Shown here piece after piece: positions 38,490 to 49,209 of a DNA stretch of 64,000 bases. The stretch spans positions 384,001 through 448,000 of the forward strand of contig JBMNHS010000001.1 in the NCBI GenBank assembly GCA_050950505.1. The letters run 5' to 3'. The stretch is from Candidatus Methanomethylophilaceae archaeon. GTDB lineage: Archaea; Thermoplasmatota; Thermoplasmata; Methanomassiliicoccales; Methanomethylophilaceae. The notes beneath the pieces are model-generated. The model saw only the letters and a program-made list of their open reading frames with translations, was not told where the DNA came from and made no database searches. Both the position numbers and the translations under genes were made by a program. Position 1 is the stretch's first letter, and every line of letters starts with the position of its first letter.

Positions 38490-39287
38490 TCATTTTCTTT
38501 TAACATAATGCAACGTAGAGAGTGCAAACGAAGAAAATATTGACACAATCAATGTGAAAGTAAAAACACCCAGATTCAATATACTGTTCGGTGCGAACTT
38601 TTTGACGGATTCTCCGTTTCCGTTTATGATCATTTTCACGGAACCCAACCAAGGAATTTCAAACACCGGAACAGAATCCACATTCCTGTATTCGACCAGT
38701 TTGTTATTATGTTGATTGTTCTGATCGACAACATCGCTGCCGTCACCCATGGTGATGTACCCTTCCGTTCCTATTTTCATTTCTTTCAGAATCTTCTCAA
38801 TGGGAATCAGTATTTTTTTGTCACTGTTCTCTTTTTCAATGTGAAAATCCATCATGATTTTTTCTTTGTCGTCACCTTCATTGAGATAAACCGAAGGATA
38901 ATTTTTCAAATCCGGAATTCTCGCAAATTTTTTTTCTTCATCCAAATCGATTTCAATTTTCATCAAAACCCTATGAATGATTTTTTCATTGCCGGAGGTG
39001 TTGTAAATTATTACACTGCCGTAATCTCCGAAGGTTTTGAAACCCGTGAAATAACCTTCGAGATACGTACGGATTTCTACCCGGTTTTTGTTTCTCACCA
39101 AAACCATGTCCCCGGTGTCCAGGGAACCTATCTGTGATTTTTTCTGATCTTTTTGCATACTTTGGGAAACAATCACCGAAAAAGGAGGATCGTGCCCGGA
39201 ATATGCCATCAATCCTATAAATCCCGCAACAAAGAAAGAAGCGACCAAAAACATCGAAATGATGGTCATTTTGTTTTCTCTCTTCAT
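38490..39287 (-). CDS. Signal peptidase I (S26, archaeal Sec11-like)
   Basis: N-terminal TM, VIVSQSM (catalytic Ser), DTGDMV, IIHR, YITMGD, EIPWLG, C-terminal TM. Confidence 0.85.
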   Translation of the reverse strand: MKRENKMTIISMFLVASFFVAGFIGLMAYSGHDPPFSVIVSQSMQKDQKKSQIGSLDTGDMVLVRNKNRVEIRTYLEGYFTGFKTFGDYGSVIIYNTSGNEKIIHRVLMKIEIDLDEEKKFARIPDLKNYPSVYLNEGDDKEKIMMDFHIEKENSDKKILIPIEKILKEMKIGTEGYITMGDGSDVVDQNNQHNNKLVEYRNVDSVPVFEIPWLGSVKMIINGNGESVKKFAPNSILNLGVFTFTLIVSIFSSFALSTLHYVKRK

Positions 39288-39389
39288 CGGATGTGTGTAT
39301 TGGCACTGTCGATATTTATGTGTTGATTAAATAATCATTTTTTTAACTTTTCAATACATATATATTGTTAAGATTGACTTCTGATTTTT

Positions 39390-39836
39390 ATGGACAGACC
39401 TTCTGCCGATGAATATTTTATGAATATGGCACAACTTGTCGCAACCAGATCTACCTGTGTAAGGCGGCAGGTGGGTGCGGTCATCGTCAAAGATAAGCGT
39501 GTTCTTTCTACCGGTTACAACGGGGCCCCGAAAGGTTCCAAACACTGTGATGAACTCGGTTGCATCAGAGTGAAACTGAATGTTCCTTCAGGAACCCGTC
39601 ATGAACTGTGCAGAGGCGTGCACGCCGAACAGAATGCGGTCATTCAGGCGGCTTATTTCGGAGTGAGCGTAAAAGATTCAACGATTTACACAACCACGTA
39701 TCCCTGTTCCATGTGTGCCAAACTTCTGATTAACGCGGGTATCAGGGAAATTGTGTATTATGAAGGGTATCCGGACGATTTGTCCAAAGATCTTTTACTC
39801 GAATCGGATATAATTGTCCGTAAATTTCCTGAATAA
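39390..39836 (+). CDS. dCMP deaminase family protein
   Basis: [29 protein letters not shown]. Confidence 0.93.
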   Translation: MDRPSADEYFMNMAQLVATRSTCVRRQVGAVIVKDKRVLSTGYNGAPKGSKHCDELGCIRVKLNVPSGTRHELCRGVHAEQNAVIQAAYFGVSVKDSTIYTTTYPCSMCAKLLINAGIREIVYYEGYPDDLSKDLLLESDIIVRKFPE

Positions 39837-39921
39837 GTTTATTTGTGGTATATTTAAAAAGGGACAATTACCATTAAGTATACTCTTGTTTATAACACAA
39901 AAAAAGGTCGGGGAGTTTAAT

Positions 39922-40254
39922 TTGAGCCGAACTGAGATACTTACACAAATCAAAGCTGCGGAAAAAGCCGCCGACGATAAAGTCGAGGCAGCGCAGATCA
40001 AGAGCAGAGAGGACATTTCCAATGCTCGAAGAGAGGCTGTGAATAGGATTCAGGAGGAGGAGGCCAACAAACGCGCTTCCGTTGACGCCGCCATCGCAGC
40101 CAAGAAAAAGGAGTTGGCCGTCAAACGTGAAAGTTTCCTTGAAAAAGGACGGGACGAAGCCGGCAGACTCGAGGAATCGTCTTCTGAGAAAAAGAAAGAG
40201 GTCAGGAAATTCCTGAACGAAGAATTTGAGAGGCCGATAGATGTTACTTCCTGA
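39922..40254 (+). CDS. atpH: A-type ATP synthase subunit H
   Basis: TTG start after a GGGGAG SD. EILTQIKAAEKAA coiled coil. First gene of the operon. Confidence 0.85.
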   Translation: MSRTEILTQIKAAEKAADDKVEAAQIKSREDISNARREAVNRIQEEEANKRASVDAAIAAKKKELAVKRESFLEKGRDEAGRLEESSSEKKKEVRKFLNEEFERPIDVTS

Positions 40255-42328
40255 ATCGATGAGCAGGGTTGTCATCGCCGGTACAAAAACCAACATTGAC
40301 AGGGCCACGGAGGTACTGTACGATGTGGAGGCGATACACCTCATCGATCACACTGTTGAAGCAGACGAAGGTTATTCTATTGGGTCTCCCCGTGAATATT
40401 CATCAAAGGCATCCGAAAGATTGCTGAAGGTAAGATCTCTGATCAAGGAATTGGGAATCACGAAGAAAACACCCCATTCCGTAATTTCGGAGGAAGAAAC
40501 CAAATCCCTCTTGGATTCCGGCGAAGTGGAATCCGTGGAAAAAACGGTAGTGACCGCAATCGACAAACGGAACGACCTCAAACAGAAAATCGATGAAACA
40601 AACTCCTTGAAAAACGAACTTGAACTTTTACAACTTCTTCCGATTGATTTGGAACTTTACAATAATTATCAAACTATCACTTCTTTTGTCGGGACCGTGA
40701 AAACAAATCCCGCCGAAGCTTTGAAAGATCTGGAAACTGAAATTTTCTTCGCGGAAATCAAAAAATCGGATCCATTGGTCGCTGTGTTCGTGAGGAACGA
40801 AGACAGGGATGCGGCATCCCTCATTCTGTCCGAATTGAACTTCAAAGAAATCGTGGTGGATTCCAACGCCGCGGGCAAACCCGGCGATGTTTTTGCCGAA
40901 ACCGAAGCGGAACTGTTGAAATTACAGTCCGAACTGGAGGCCGCCGAAGAAGAAATCGGGGAACTGAGAGAAAAATTCGTTTCTTTCCTTTACGCGGCCG
41001 AAGAAGATCTGTCCATCACGGTGGAAAAGGGAGAAATACCCCTGAGAATCGCCAACAGTGAATATTCTTTCATTGTCGACGCTTGGATACCCACCAGAAA
41101 CGTGGACACCGTAAGCGAAAGACTTCAGCAGGAAACCGACGGCAAACTGCACGTCGAATTTTTGGAGACCCGGGGACGCACCCAAGCGGAATCCGATGCT
41201 GTGGAAGAACGCTTCCGCGAACCCCCGTCAAAACTGGACAACGGCCCTTACACGGCCGAATTCGAATACGCATTGAAATTGGTCAACGTTCCGAAATACA
41301 GAGAAGTGGATCCTTCCCTCCTCATCGGAATATTCTTGCCGATGTTCTTCGGGTTCATGGTGGGCGATGTCGGATACGCCATCCCCTTCATAATTCTCGG
41401 AGGATACGGACTTAACGCCAAGAGCAAAGAGTGGCGCGCAATAGGCCGCGTTCTGTTCTTCGGCGGAATCTGGGCATTCCTCTTCGGACTTTTGTTCTAC
41501 GGTGAATGTCTGGGTATGCATTTCGCGGGACATCATTCCGACACGAGCATAACTTGGGAACACCTTCTCGGATTCGAGGCGGGCGCCCTTGATGTGTTCA
41601 AGTCGGTAATGTACAACGCCGTCCATGACGGCGTGGAACACGTGGGTGTGGGCAAGCTTGTGGAAATTCCCATGCTTTTGAAACTCTCCGTGTACATCGG
41701 TGTGGTGCACCTGTTCATAGGATACTGCTGTAAATTCTACAACCTGTACGTAGCGCACGGGTTCAAGAAGGCGTTCCTCGATCAGGGCGGATGGCTGTTT
41801 GCTTTCGTGGGCATGGTAATGCTCTGTTACGCATTGGCATTCTCGCTGTTCAGCGACGATCTCGGCACCACGTTGATGGAAGAGTACAAAATCCCGTTGA
41901 TGGTAGGTGTGGCCCTCCTGGTCTTTGGATTGATATTCACGGTCAGGAAAGAAGGTGTGATGAGTATTATGGAGCTTCCGGGAATCGTGGGCAACATTTT
42001 GTCATACACACGTCTCGCGGCCATAGGAATGTCAAAAGCCGGAATGGCAATGGCGTTCAACTATATCTCATTCACAATGATCTTTATGGGACTCGGCGGC
42101 GGAATCCTCGGCGGTATAGTAGGATTCCTGGTCTTCCTGGTCTTCCATCTCCTGATATTCTTCTTGGCGATACTTTCGGCGGGACTGCACTCCCTCAGGT
42201 TGCAGTTCGTCGAACTTATGTCCAAGTTCTTTGTCGGAGGCGGAGAGGAGTTCGCTCCCCTCAAGGTCGTTCGCGAAAAAACCTTTTACTCAAACGCGGT
42301 TAATAATCAACCTGAAACAGAGGTATGA
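40241..42328 (+). CDS. atpI: A-type ATP synthase subunit I (a)
   Basis: PKYREVDP, FFGFMVGDVGY, LSYTRL, HSLRLQFVE. Confidence 0.96.
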   Translation: MLLPESMSRVVIAGTKTNIDRATEVLYDVEAIHLIDHTVEADEGYSIGSPREYSSKASERLLKVRSLIKELGITKKTPHSVISEEETKSLLDSGEVESVEKTVVTAIDKRNDLKQKIDETNSLKNELELLQLLPIDLELYNNYQTITSFVGTVKTNPAEALKDLETEIFFAEIKKSDPLVAVFVRNEDRDAASLILSELNFKEIVVDSNAAGKPGDVFAETEAELLKLQSELEAAEEEIGELREKFVSFLYAAEEDLSITVEKGEIPLRIANSEYSFIVDAWIPTRNVDTVSERLQQETDGKLHVEFLETRGRTQAESDAVEERFREPPSKLDNGPYTAEFEYALKLVNVPKYREVDPSLLIGIFLPMFFGFMVGDVGYAIPFIILGGYGLNAKSKEWRAIGRVLFFGGIWAFLFGLLFYGECLGMHFAGHHSDTSITWEHLLGFEAGALDVFKSVMYNAVHDGVEHVGVGKLVEIPMLLKLSVYIGVVHLFIGYCCKFYNLYVAHGFKKAFLDQGGWLFAFVGMVMLCYALAFSLFSDDLGTTLMEEYKIPLMVGVALLVFGLIFTVRKEGVMSIMELPGIVGNILSYTRLAAIGMSKAGMAMAFNYISFTMIFMGLGGGILGGIVGFLVFLVFHLLIFFLAILSAGLHSLRLQFVELMSKFFVGGGEEFAPLKVVREKTFYSNAVNNQPETEV

Positions 42329-42330
42329 AA

Positions 42331-42558
42331 ATGGCAGAAGTAACCATAGGTAATGGATTGGTAGCAATCGGAGCAGGAATAGCAGTAGGACTTACCGGAC
42401 TCGGATCCGGTATAGCCGAAAGAGACATCGGTGCCGCAGCAGTCGGCGCAATCACGGAAGACGCAAGCCTTTTCGGAATGGGAATGGTTTACATGGTTCT
42501 TCCTGAGACTATCGTCATCTTCGGATTGGTCATAGCTATTGTTGCCATAATGTTGTAA
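42331..42558 (+). CDS. atpK: A-type ATP synthase subunit K (c), single hairpin
   Basis: GIAE..IGAAAVG, LPETIVIFG. ATG 42325 is an alternative start. Confidence 0.95.
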   Translation: MAEVTIGNGLVAIGAGIAVGLTGLGSGIAERDIGAAAVGAITEDASLFGMGMVYMVLPETIVIFGLVIAIVAIML

Positions 42559-42575
42559 AGCCAGAGGCTCATCTC

Positions 42576-43133
42576 ATGGCATTGGAAAACGTCACGAAGG
42601 ATATTCAGGCCGTCGCTGACGCAAAGGTCAAATCCGTACAGGATGAGACCAAGGCGGAAATCGACAGGATTTTCGCCGATGCGGAGGCCACAATATCCGA
42701 CATGAAAGATAGAGAGGATAAGAAGCTCGAGAGCGAACTTGAGCGTCTCGACCGTCAGGTCACTTCCAGCGCGGAGCTGGAAAGCAAGAACCTGATATTG
42801 GCGAAAAAGAAGGAAATCCTTGCCCGTATGTTCGACGAAGTTCTTACGGAGCTTGAGAATTCCGACAGAAAAGCCAAATCGAAACGTTACAAATCGCTGA
42901 TCGAAGAAGCCGGTAAACTTATTCCTGACGCCGTTGCGGTGATCTCGGACAAAGACGACTTCTCTGCGGAGGAGCTCGGAGTCGGAGCCGTCGAAAAGGA
43001 CAGCAGGATTGTTGCCGGACTTATCCTTAGGAGCAAGGATGGAAGCACCGAGGTCGATCTTCAGTACAAAACACTGCTGAACGACATCTGGGACAGCAAT
43101 CTGAAGGCTCTTTCGGATATATTGTTCGGGTGA
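42576..43133 (+). CDS. atpE: A-type ATP synthase subunit E
   Basis: MALENV, SSAELE, GLIL..DG, LF terminus, operon position. Confidence 0.92.
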   Translation: MALENVTKDIQAVADAKVKSVQDETKAEIDRIFADAEATISDMKDREDKKLESELERLDRQVTSSAELESKNLILAKKKEILARMFDEVLTELENSDRKAKSKRYKSLIEEAGKLIPDAVAVISDKDDFSAEELGVGAVEKDSRIVAGLILRSKDGSTEVDLQYKTLLNDIWDSNLKALSDILFG

Positions 43134-44197
43134 ACACGATGTTCGGGAGAAAAAGGAAAAAGCGCGGGAATTATCCTTACACGGTAACAAGGGTCAAAGC
43201 AAAAAAGTCCCTTCTCATAAAAGAGGAGGAGTACAACAAGCTGCTTATGATGTCCCTTCCCGAGATTTCCAGATATATGAGCGAGAGCGGATATCAGAAA
43301 GAGATGTCCGAACTCGCCAGCAGAATGGAAGGCATCGATCTTGTCGAGTACGCCGCCTATCTGAACATGTCCAGGGTTTTCAAGGAAATTCTGGACGCGT
43401 CCGACGGCGACCTCCGCACGATGATCTCCGCATATCTGGACAAGTGGAACGTGTGGAATGTGAAAGTCATCCTCCGCGGAAAATCATTCGGATTGGATGA
43501 CAAAAGCATCCGTGAGGATCTCGTCCCCGCGGGAAGCCTGAAGGAGGCGCAGCTGGAGAAGCTTTTGGCGTTGCCGATGATTGAGGAAATACTGACCGAA
43601 TACGGCAGAATGGACTCAATTGCCATACCTGAGGACATTGTGACCTCATACAGCGACACCGGAAGTCTGTCCAGGATTGAGGACTTCCTTGACAAATTCA
43701 GATATTCAAGGCTTCTCGAATCCATAATCCCGGACTCTAAACCGACAGCGGCGCTGCTGGATTATGTAAGACACGACATTGATGTCGTGAATTTCTCCAC
43801 AATCATGAAGCTTAAGGCGGAAGGAATACACGGAGAACAGGTCATGCAGTACATCATCCCCAACGGAAAGCAGCTGGACAGGAAGAAATCGCTTAATTTG
43901 GCCAACATCGACTCCATGACCGCGGTGGCCGGAGAAATAGCACAGTTGGATTTCTATGAGAACATCAAGGATATCTTGGAATCTCCGGATGTCTCCGTCC
44001 GCGCCATCGAAAGCGCGCTGAAAAAATATGAAATGGGACTCGCGAAAGAATTCTCGCACATGAACCCCTTATCGGTAGCCCCCGTGGTGGACTTCATGAT
44101 AAACAAGGAAACGGAAGTTTTCAACATACTCGCGATAGCGAGGGGACGTCAGAGCGGGATTCCCCCTGAAACAATCAAAGAACTGCTGGTGATCTGA
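43130..44197 (+). CDS. atpC: A-type ATP synthase subunit C
   Basis: NYPYTVTRVKAKKS, NVKVILRGK, PLSVAPV..KETEV.N. Confidence 0.94.
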   Translation: MNTMFGRKRKKRGNYPYTVTRVKAKKSLLIKEEEYNKLLMMSLPEISRYMSESGYQKEMSELASRMEGIDLVEYAAYLNMSRVFKEILDASDGDLRTMISAYLDKWNVWNVKVILRGKSFGLDDKSIREDLVPAGSLKEAQLEKLLALPMIEEILTEYGRMDSIAIPEDIVTSYSDTGSLSRIEDFLDKFRYSRLLESIIPDSKPTAALLDYVRHDIDVVNFSTIMKLKAEGIHGEQVMQYIIPNGKQLDRKKSLNLANIDSMTAVAGEIAQLDFYENIKDILESPDVSVRAIESALKKYEMGLAKEFSHMNPLSVAPVVDFMINKETEVFNILAIARGRQSGIPPETIKELLVI

Positions 44198-44505
44198 TGG
44201 AAATAGCTGTTATCGGAAACGAGGAGTTCGTGCTTGGGTTCCGCCTTGCGGGACTGAGGAAGGTCTTTATCGCGGGTGAATCCGACTATGAAGACAAAAT
44301 GCTGGAAGCAATGAGCGATTCTGAAATAGGTATTTTGGCCGTCGACGCCAAAGACCTTTCATACCTGTCCCGTAACGTCAGGACAAGGGTATTGGATTCG
44401 ATTCAACCGGTCATTGTGCCGGTCGGAGGCGATGAAAGCGACCTCCGTGAAAGAGTAAAAAGAGTAATTGGCGTTGATTTATACAAAACAGAGGATGAAG
44501 AATGA
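44197..44505 (+). CDS. atpF: A-type ATP synthase subunit F
   Basis: [24 protein letters not shown]. Confidence 0.95.
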   Translation: MEIAVIGNEEFVLGFRLAGLRKVFIAGESDYEDKMLEAMSDSEIGILAVDAKDLSYLSRNVRTRVLDSIQPVIVPVGGDESDLRERVKRVIGVDLYKTEDEE

Positions 44506-46238
44506 CCGCTGAACAAGGTGTAATTTACAGGGTTGCCGGACCGGTCGTGACCGCCATCGGGATCTCGCCCAGGATGTACGACGTCGTGCATGTTGGTAAC
44601 GAGCAGCTGATGGGAGAGGTCATCAAGATCGTAGGCGACAAGACAATCATCCAGGTCTACGAAGAGACCTCCGGAGTCAAACCCGGAGAGCCGGTGACAA
44701 ACACCGGGGAGCCTCTTGTCGTTGAGCTGGGACCCGGACTTCTGACTTCCGTTTACGACGGAATCCAGAGACCTTTGCCGGTTCTCAGGGACATGATGGG
44801 GGACTTCATCTTCCGAGGTGCAACCGCGCCCGGACTGGACAGGGAAGCTGATTGGGTATTCGTGCCCGTGGCAAAAGCAGGGGATGAAATCTCCGCCGGC
44901 CAGACTTTGGGTACGGTTCAGGAAGGACCGATGGAACACAGGATTATGGTCCCTCCGACAATCGAAAAAGGAAAAATAGAGAAAATAGCAGCCGAAGGAA
45001 CTTACAAGGTTGACGACGTCATCGCAGTCATCGACGGCGAAGAAATCACAATGGTCCAGAAGTGGCCGGTGCGTAACGCCCGCCCGGTGGCCGAAAAGCT
45101 GTTCCCCGACGTGCCTCTTATCACGGGTCTGAGAGTTCTGGACACGATGTTCCCCGTCGCCAAGGGCGGCGCGGCGGCCATTCCCGGAGCTTTCGGTACC
45201 GGAAAGACCGTCACTCAGCAGTCTCTCGCAAAGTTCTCCGATGCGGACATCGTCGTCTACATCGGATGCGGAGAGCGCGGAAACGAAATGACCGAAGTTC
45301 TGACCGAGTTCCCCGAGCTTACCGATCCGAGGACCGGAGAATCTCTCATGAAGAGAACCGTCCTCATCGCGAACACTTCAAACATGCCCGTTGCGGCGAG
45401 AGAAGCGTCTGTCTACACAGGCATGACCATCGCCGAATACTTCAGGGACATGGGTTACGACGTTGCTCTTATGGCGGACTCCACCTCCAGGTGGGCCGAG
45501 GCCATGAGGGAAATTTCATCCAGGCTTGAAGAAATGCCCGGAGAAGAGGGATATCCCGCATACCTTGCCGGACGTCTCTCCGAATTCTACGAGCGTGCCT
45601 GCCGCGCCAGGAACTTCAACGATACCGAAGGATCCGTCACGGTCATCGGTGCGGTTTCCCCCGCCGGAGGAGACCTGTCCGAACCCGTTACGCAGAACAC
45701 CCTGCGCATTGTGCGTGTGTTCTGGGCGCTGGACACCAGCCTGAGGGAGAGAAGACACTTCCCCACAATCAACTGGCTCACTTCGTACACCATGTACGGA
45801 AACGATTTGGGAGGATGGTTCTCCGACAATGTTCACGACGATTTCATCGACAACAGGGTCTGGGCCATGCAGATTCTCCAGAGAGAATCCGAACTTCAGG
45901 AAATCGTTCAGATGGTGGGTTCCGACTCTCTGCCCGAAGAGCAGAAGATGACTCTCGAAATCGCCAGAATGATCCGTGAAATCTTCCTTCAGCAGAACGC
46001 ATATCACGACGTTGACTGCTTCTGTCCTCTGGAGAGACAGTACGTCATGCTCAGTCTGATCAGAAAATACTCCGAACTGGCCGAGAAAGCGATTACCGCA
46101 GGCGTTGCCGTGGACAGAATCGCATACCTGCCCGTCAGGACCAGATTCAACCAGTCGAAGTACGAAGCCAACATCGACGAGGAACTCAAAGCCGTGTCTT
46201 CCGACATGGATGTTCAGTTCAAGGAACTGGGGGTGTGA
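44502..46238 (+). CDS. atpA: A-type ATP synthase subunit A
   Basis: [35 protein letters not shown]. No intein. Confidence 0.98.
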   Translation: MTAEQGVIYRVAGPVVTAIGISPRMYDVVHVGNEQLMGEVIKIVGDKTIIQVYEETSGVKPGEPVTNTGEPLVVELGPGLLTSVYDGIQRPLPVLRDMMGDFIFRGATAPGLDREADWVFVPVAKAGDEISAGQTLGTVQEGPMEHRIMVPPTIEKGKIEKIAAEGTYKVDDVIAVIDGEEITMVQKWPVRNARPVAEKLFPDVPLITGLRVLDTMFPVAKGGAAAIPGAFGTGKTVTQQSLAKFSDADIVVYIGCGERGNEMTEVLTEFPELTDPRTGESLMKRTVLIANTSNMPVAAREASVYTGMTIAEYFRDMGYDVALMADSTSRWAEAMREISSRLEEMPGEEGYPAYLAGRLSEFYERACRARNFNDTEGSVTVIGAVSPAGGDLSEPVTQNTLRIVRVFWALDTSLRERRHFPTINWLTSYTMYGNDLGGWFSDNVHDDFIDNRVWAMQILQRESELQEIVQMVGSDSLPEEQKMTLEIARMIREIFLQQNAYHDVDCFCPLERQYVMLSLIRKYSELAEKAITAGVAVDRIAYLPVRTRFNQSKYEANIDEELKAVSSDMDVQFKELGV

Positions 46239-46242
46239 TAAT

Positions 46243-47622
46243 ATGGCAAAAGTAACCAAAGAGTACAAAACGATCTCCCAGATTGCGGGACCTTTGATTT
46301 TCGTAAAGAACACGGAACCCGTGGGCTACGAAGAGATGGTTTCCGTCAGACTTGCCGACGGAAGCTTCAGAAGAGGACAGGTCCTCGATTCTTCCGAAGA
46401 TACAGTTGTCGTTCAGCTGTTCGAGGGAACCACCGGTGTGGATCTTTCCGCCTCCGTCCGTTTCCTCGGCGATTCAATGAAGATGCCCGTTTCCAAAGAC
46501 ATGCTCGGAAGAGTTCTGTCCGGTGCGGGTGAGCCCATCGACGGCGGTGCCCCGATAATTCCCGAAAAGGAACTTGACATCGAAGGTGCGGCCATCAACC
46601 CCTGGGCAAGAGACAACCCTTCGGACTTCATCGAAACCGGAATTTCAACCATCGACGGCATGAACACCCTCGTCAGGGGACAGAAACTCCCCATATTCTC
46701 CGCCGCGGGTCTGCCCCACAACGACATCGCCCTGCAGATTGCAAGACAGGCGAAAGTCACCGGAGAGGACGAAGAGTTCGCCGTGGTGTTCATCGCAATG
46801 GGTATCACCAACGAAGAAAGACAGACTTTCATGCACGAGTTCGAAAGAACCGGCGCACTTGAAAGAGCCGTGGTTTTCCTCAACCTTGCGGACGACCCCG
46901 CCGTCGAACGTATCGTCACTCCACGTCTGGGTCTTACCACCGCGGAATATTTGGCATTCGAGCTTGACATGCAGGTCCTGGTCATCATGACCGACATGAC
47001 CAACTACTGTGAGGCTCTCCGTCAGGTTTCCGCCGCAAGGGAAGAAGTGCCCGGAAGACGCGGATACCCCGGTTACATGTACACCAACCTCGCCATGCTC
47101 TATGAGCGTGCGGGAAGAATCAAGGGAAAGAAAGGTTCAATCACACAGATTCCGATTCTTTCGATGCCCGGTGACGATATAACTCACCCGATTCCGGATC
47201 TTTCCGGATACATCACGGAAGGTCAGATTGTTCTTTCGAGGGAACTCCACCGCAACGGTATTTACCCCCCGGTTAACGTTTCCTCTTCACTGAGCCGTCT
47301 CATGAACGCAGGTATCGGCGGAGACAAGACCAGGAACGATCACAAAGCAGTCTCGGATCAGCTTTACGCCGCATACGCGGAAGGTAAAGATTTGAGGGGA
47401 CTTGTGGCCATCGTGGGTAAGGACTCGCTGTCCGAAAAGGACAGAAAGTACCTGGACTTTGCGGACCTCTTCGAGGACCGTGTGGTGCGTCAGGGACATG
47501 AAGAGGATCGCTCCATCGTGGAAACTCTCAACATCTCATGGGAAATCCTCGCCGAACTGGACGAAGACCAGCTCACGAGAATCGACCGTAAGTACATCGA
47601 GACCTACCTTCCCAAGAAGTGA
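46243..47622 (+). CDS. atpB: A-type ATP synthase subunit B
   Basis: [45 protein letters not shown]. Confidence 0.98.
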   Translation: MAKVTKEYKTISQIAGPLIFVKNTEPVGYEEMVSVRLADGSFRRGQVLDSSEDTVVVQLFEGTTGVDLSASVRFLGDSMKMPVSKDMLGRVLSGAGEPIDGGAPIIPEKELDIEGAAINPWARDNPSDFIETGISTIDGMNTLVRGQKLPIFSAAGLPHNDIALQIARQAKVTGEDEEFAVVFIAMGITNEERQTFMHEFERTGALERAVVFLNLADDPAVERIVTPRLGLTTAEYLAFELDMQVLVIMTDMTNYCEALRQVSAAREEVPGRRGYPGYMYTNLAMLYERAGRIKGKKGSITQIPILSMPGDDITHPIPDLSGYITEGQIVLSRELHRNGIYPPVNVSSSLSRLMNAGIGGDKTRNDHKAVSDQLYAAYAEGKDLRGLVAIVGKDSLSEKDRKYLDFADLFEDRVVRQGHEEDRSIVETLNISWEILAELDEDQLTRIDRKYIETYLPKK

Positions 47623-47627
47623 TTCAG

Positions 47628-48269
47628 ATGTCCGTCCACGAGATAACCCCGAACCGCTCGACCCTCTTGGAACTCAAGAGGAAGATCAAGATGACCGAAG
47701 GAGGTCACAACGTCCTGAAAATGAAGAGGGACGGTCTGATCATCGAGTTCTTCAACACTCTGGAGAAGGCCCGCGAAATGCGTGCCGGGGTGTCGTCGGA
47801 TTATGAGGTGGCCATCAGCAAAGTGGCCATCGCGAGGGCGGTTGAGGGCGACATTTCCGTGAAGAGCGCGGCATACGCGCTCAAAGCGGATCACAACGTC
47901 ACCGTGGGAAGCACAAACATCATGGGAATGAGAGTTCCGAAGGTGGAAGCCTCGGGCTCCATGCACACCGATTTAACCAAGAAAGGTTACGGTGTGATTT
48001 CCACTTCCGCTTACATTGAGGAAGCGTCGATGGCTTTCGAAAAGCTGCTGGACACCCTCATCAGGGCCGCCGAAGTGGAAACCACCATGAAAAAGCTTCT
48101 CGATGAGATTGAGAAAACCAAGAGAAGGGTAAACGCCCTCGAATTCAAGATTATCCCCGACCTCAAGGAAGCCGAGAGGTTCGTAAGGTTCAGTCTTGAA
48201 GAGATGGAGAGGGAAAACGTAACCCGCCTCAAGCATCAGAAAAAGAAGAGCGAGGCCGCGGAGGAGTAA
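47628..48269 (+). CDS. atpD: A-type ATP synthase subunit D
   Basis: PNRSTL, LKMKRDGL, EIEKTKRRVNALE, LEEMERE..RLK. Confidence 0.96.
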   Translation: MSVHEITPNRSTLLELKRKIKMTEGGHNVLKMKRDGLIIEFFNTLEKAREMRAGVSSDYEVAISKVAIARAVEGDISVKSAAYALKADHNVTVGSTNIMGMRVPKVEASGSMHTDLTKKGYGVISTSAYIEEASMAFEKLLDTLIRAAEVETTMKKLLDEIEKTKRRVNALEFKIIPDLKEAERFVRFSLEEMERENVTRLKHQKKKSEAAEE

Positions 48270-48418
48270 TGACTCTCGAGGACCGCTGGGAGGATATAAA
48301 ACAGGACCCTAAGAGATTGGGGCGCCTGTTTAAAATCGTCTGGATAGCGGCTTACTCGATGCTGATCCTCGGCGTAATCGTGATACTTTACTATCTGATG
48401 GTGACTCATCTGTTCTAA
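48269..48418 (+). CDS. 49-aa single-TM protein coupled to atpD (not in the ORF track)
   Basis: TAATG overlap and GGAGGAG SD. MTLEDRWEDIKQDPKRLGRLFKIVWIAAYSMLILGVIVILYYLMVTHLF*. T-rich terminator-like run follows at about 48436-48458. Confidence 0.75.
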   Translation: MTLEDRWEDIKQDPKRLGRLFKIVWIAAYSMLILGVIVILYYLMVTHLF

Positions 48419-48518
48419 ACCCTTTACAAAACCAACTTTTTATTCCATTTTTCTCTTTGACGGATGGCGGATTCCCATTACCGATCGAAAAATTTCAAAA
48501 ACTCGGCCTTCATTGCTT

Positions 48519-48848
48519 TTACGCAGAAGCTTTCTTCTTGTGTTTCGTTGACATCTCCAATCCTATTATTCCGAATATTATCAGAAACACGAAGAACATT
48601 CTTTCCAACGTGACCGGTTCGGAAAACAGGAATATTCCCACGGCAACCGTCCCCACGGCCCCCATTCCCACCCATACGGAATAGGCGACCCCCGTGGGTA
48701 TGTTTGCTCCCATGCCTCTTTCCAAAAACCACACGCTTATGAACATTATACCGAAGGTCGGCACCGTCCAGTACCATATGGTGAAACATTCGGACAGGTA
48801 CATTGTGGTTGCCCACAATGTTTCGAACATGCCGCCGATCACAATCAT
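48519..48848 (-). CDS. SMR family transporter (Gdx/SugE-like), second subunit
   Basis: GGMFETLWA, IPTGVAYSVWVGMG, GIIGL. The real start may lie a few codons upstream. Confidence 0.88.
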   Translation of the reverse strand: MIVIGGMFETLWATTMYLSECFTIWYWTVPTFGIMFISVWFLERGMGANIPTGVAYSVWVGMGAVGTVAVGIFLFSEPVTLERMFFVFLIIFGIIGLEMSTKHKKKASA

Positions 48849-48875
48849 GATCCAAGCCTTCTTGATGTTCTCCGT

Positions 48876-49205
48876 TTATATCCCCCCGAAGAACTGCAGC
48901 CCAACGGCACCGGCGATTATGACGAACACGAACAGGATTTGCACCCGTTCGATGGCTTCGTCGTATACCAGATATCCCGCTATCAGCGCTCCTATCGCCC
49001 CTATTCCGGTCCACACGGCGTAAGCCGTTCCCAAGGGGATGCCGGACATGGACAATCCCAAAAAATACGGGCTGAGCATCATGAAGAACACGGTGGTCAG
49101 CGTCCAACCTTTGTGTTTGAAAGAATTTGTCTTCTTGAGAGTTATAACCCAGATGGGTTCGAGCACACCCCCCAGAATAAGCCAGAACCAGGCAAGAGTA
49201 TCCAT
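48876..49205 (-). CDS. SMR family transporter (Gdx/SugE-like)
   Basis: AWFWLILGGVLEPIW, IPLGTAYAVWTGIG, GAVGL. Confidence 0.9.
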   Translation of the reverse strand: MDTLAWFWLILGGVLEPIWVITLKKTNSFKHKGWTLTTVFFMMLSPYFLGLSMSGIPLGTAYAVWTGIGAIGALIAGYLVYDEAIERVQILFVFVIIAGAVGLQFFGGI

Positions 49206-49209
49206 TAAA

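Noticed and set aside
35100-39900. AT-rich stretch suggesting a horizontally acquired island
   Set aside because: It encodes core genes (tiaS, cdc6, signal peptidase, dCMP deaminase) around the origin, with no mobility genes.
42331-42558. Unusual ion-binding motif in ATP synthase subunit c
   Set aside because: E...PET in a single hairpin is the familiar Methanosarcina-like pattern.
44502-46238. Inteins in atpA, mcm, gyrB, cdc6 or lhr
   Set aside because: Lengths and motif spacing are normal. The extra length of Lhr is C-terminal, not an insertion.
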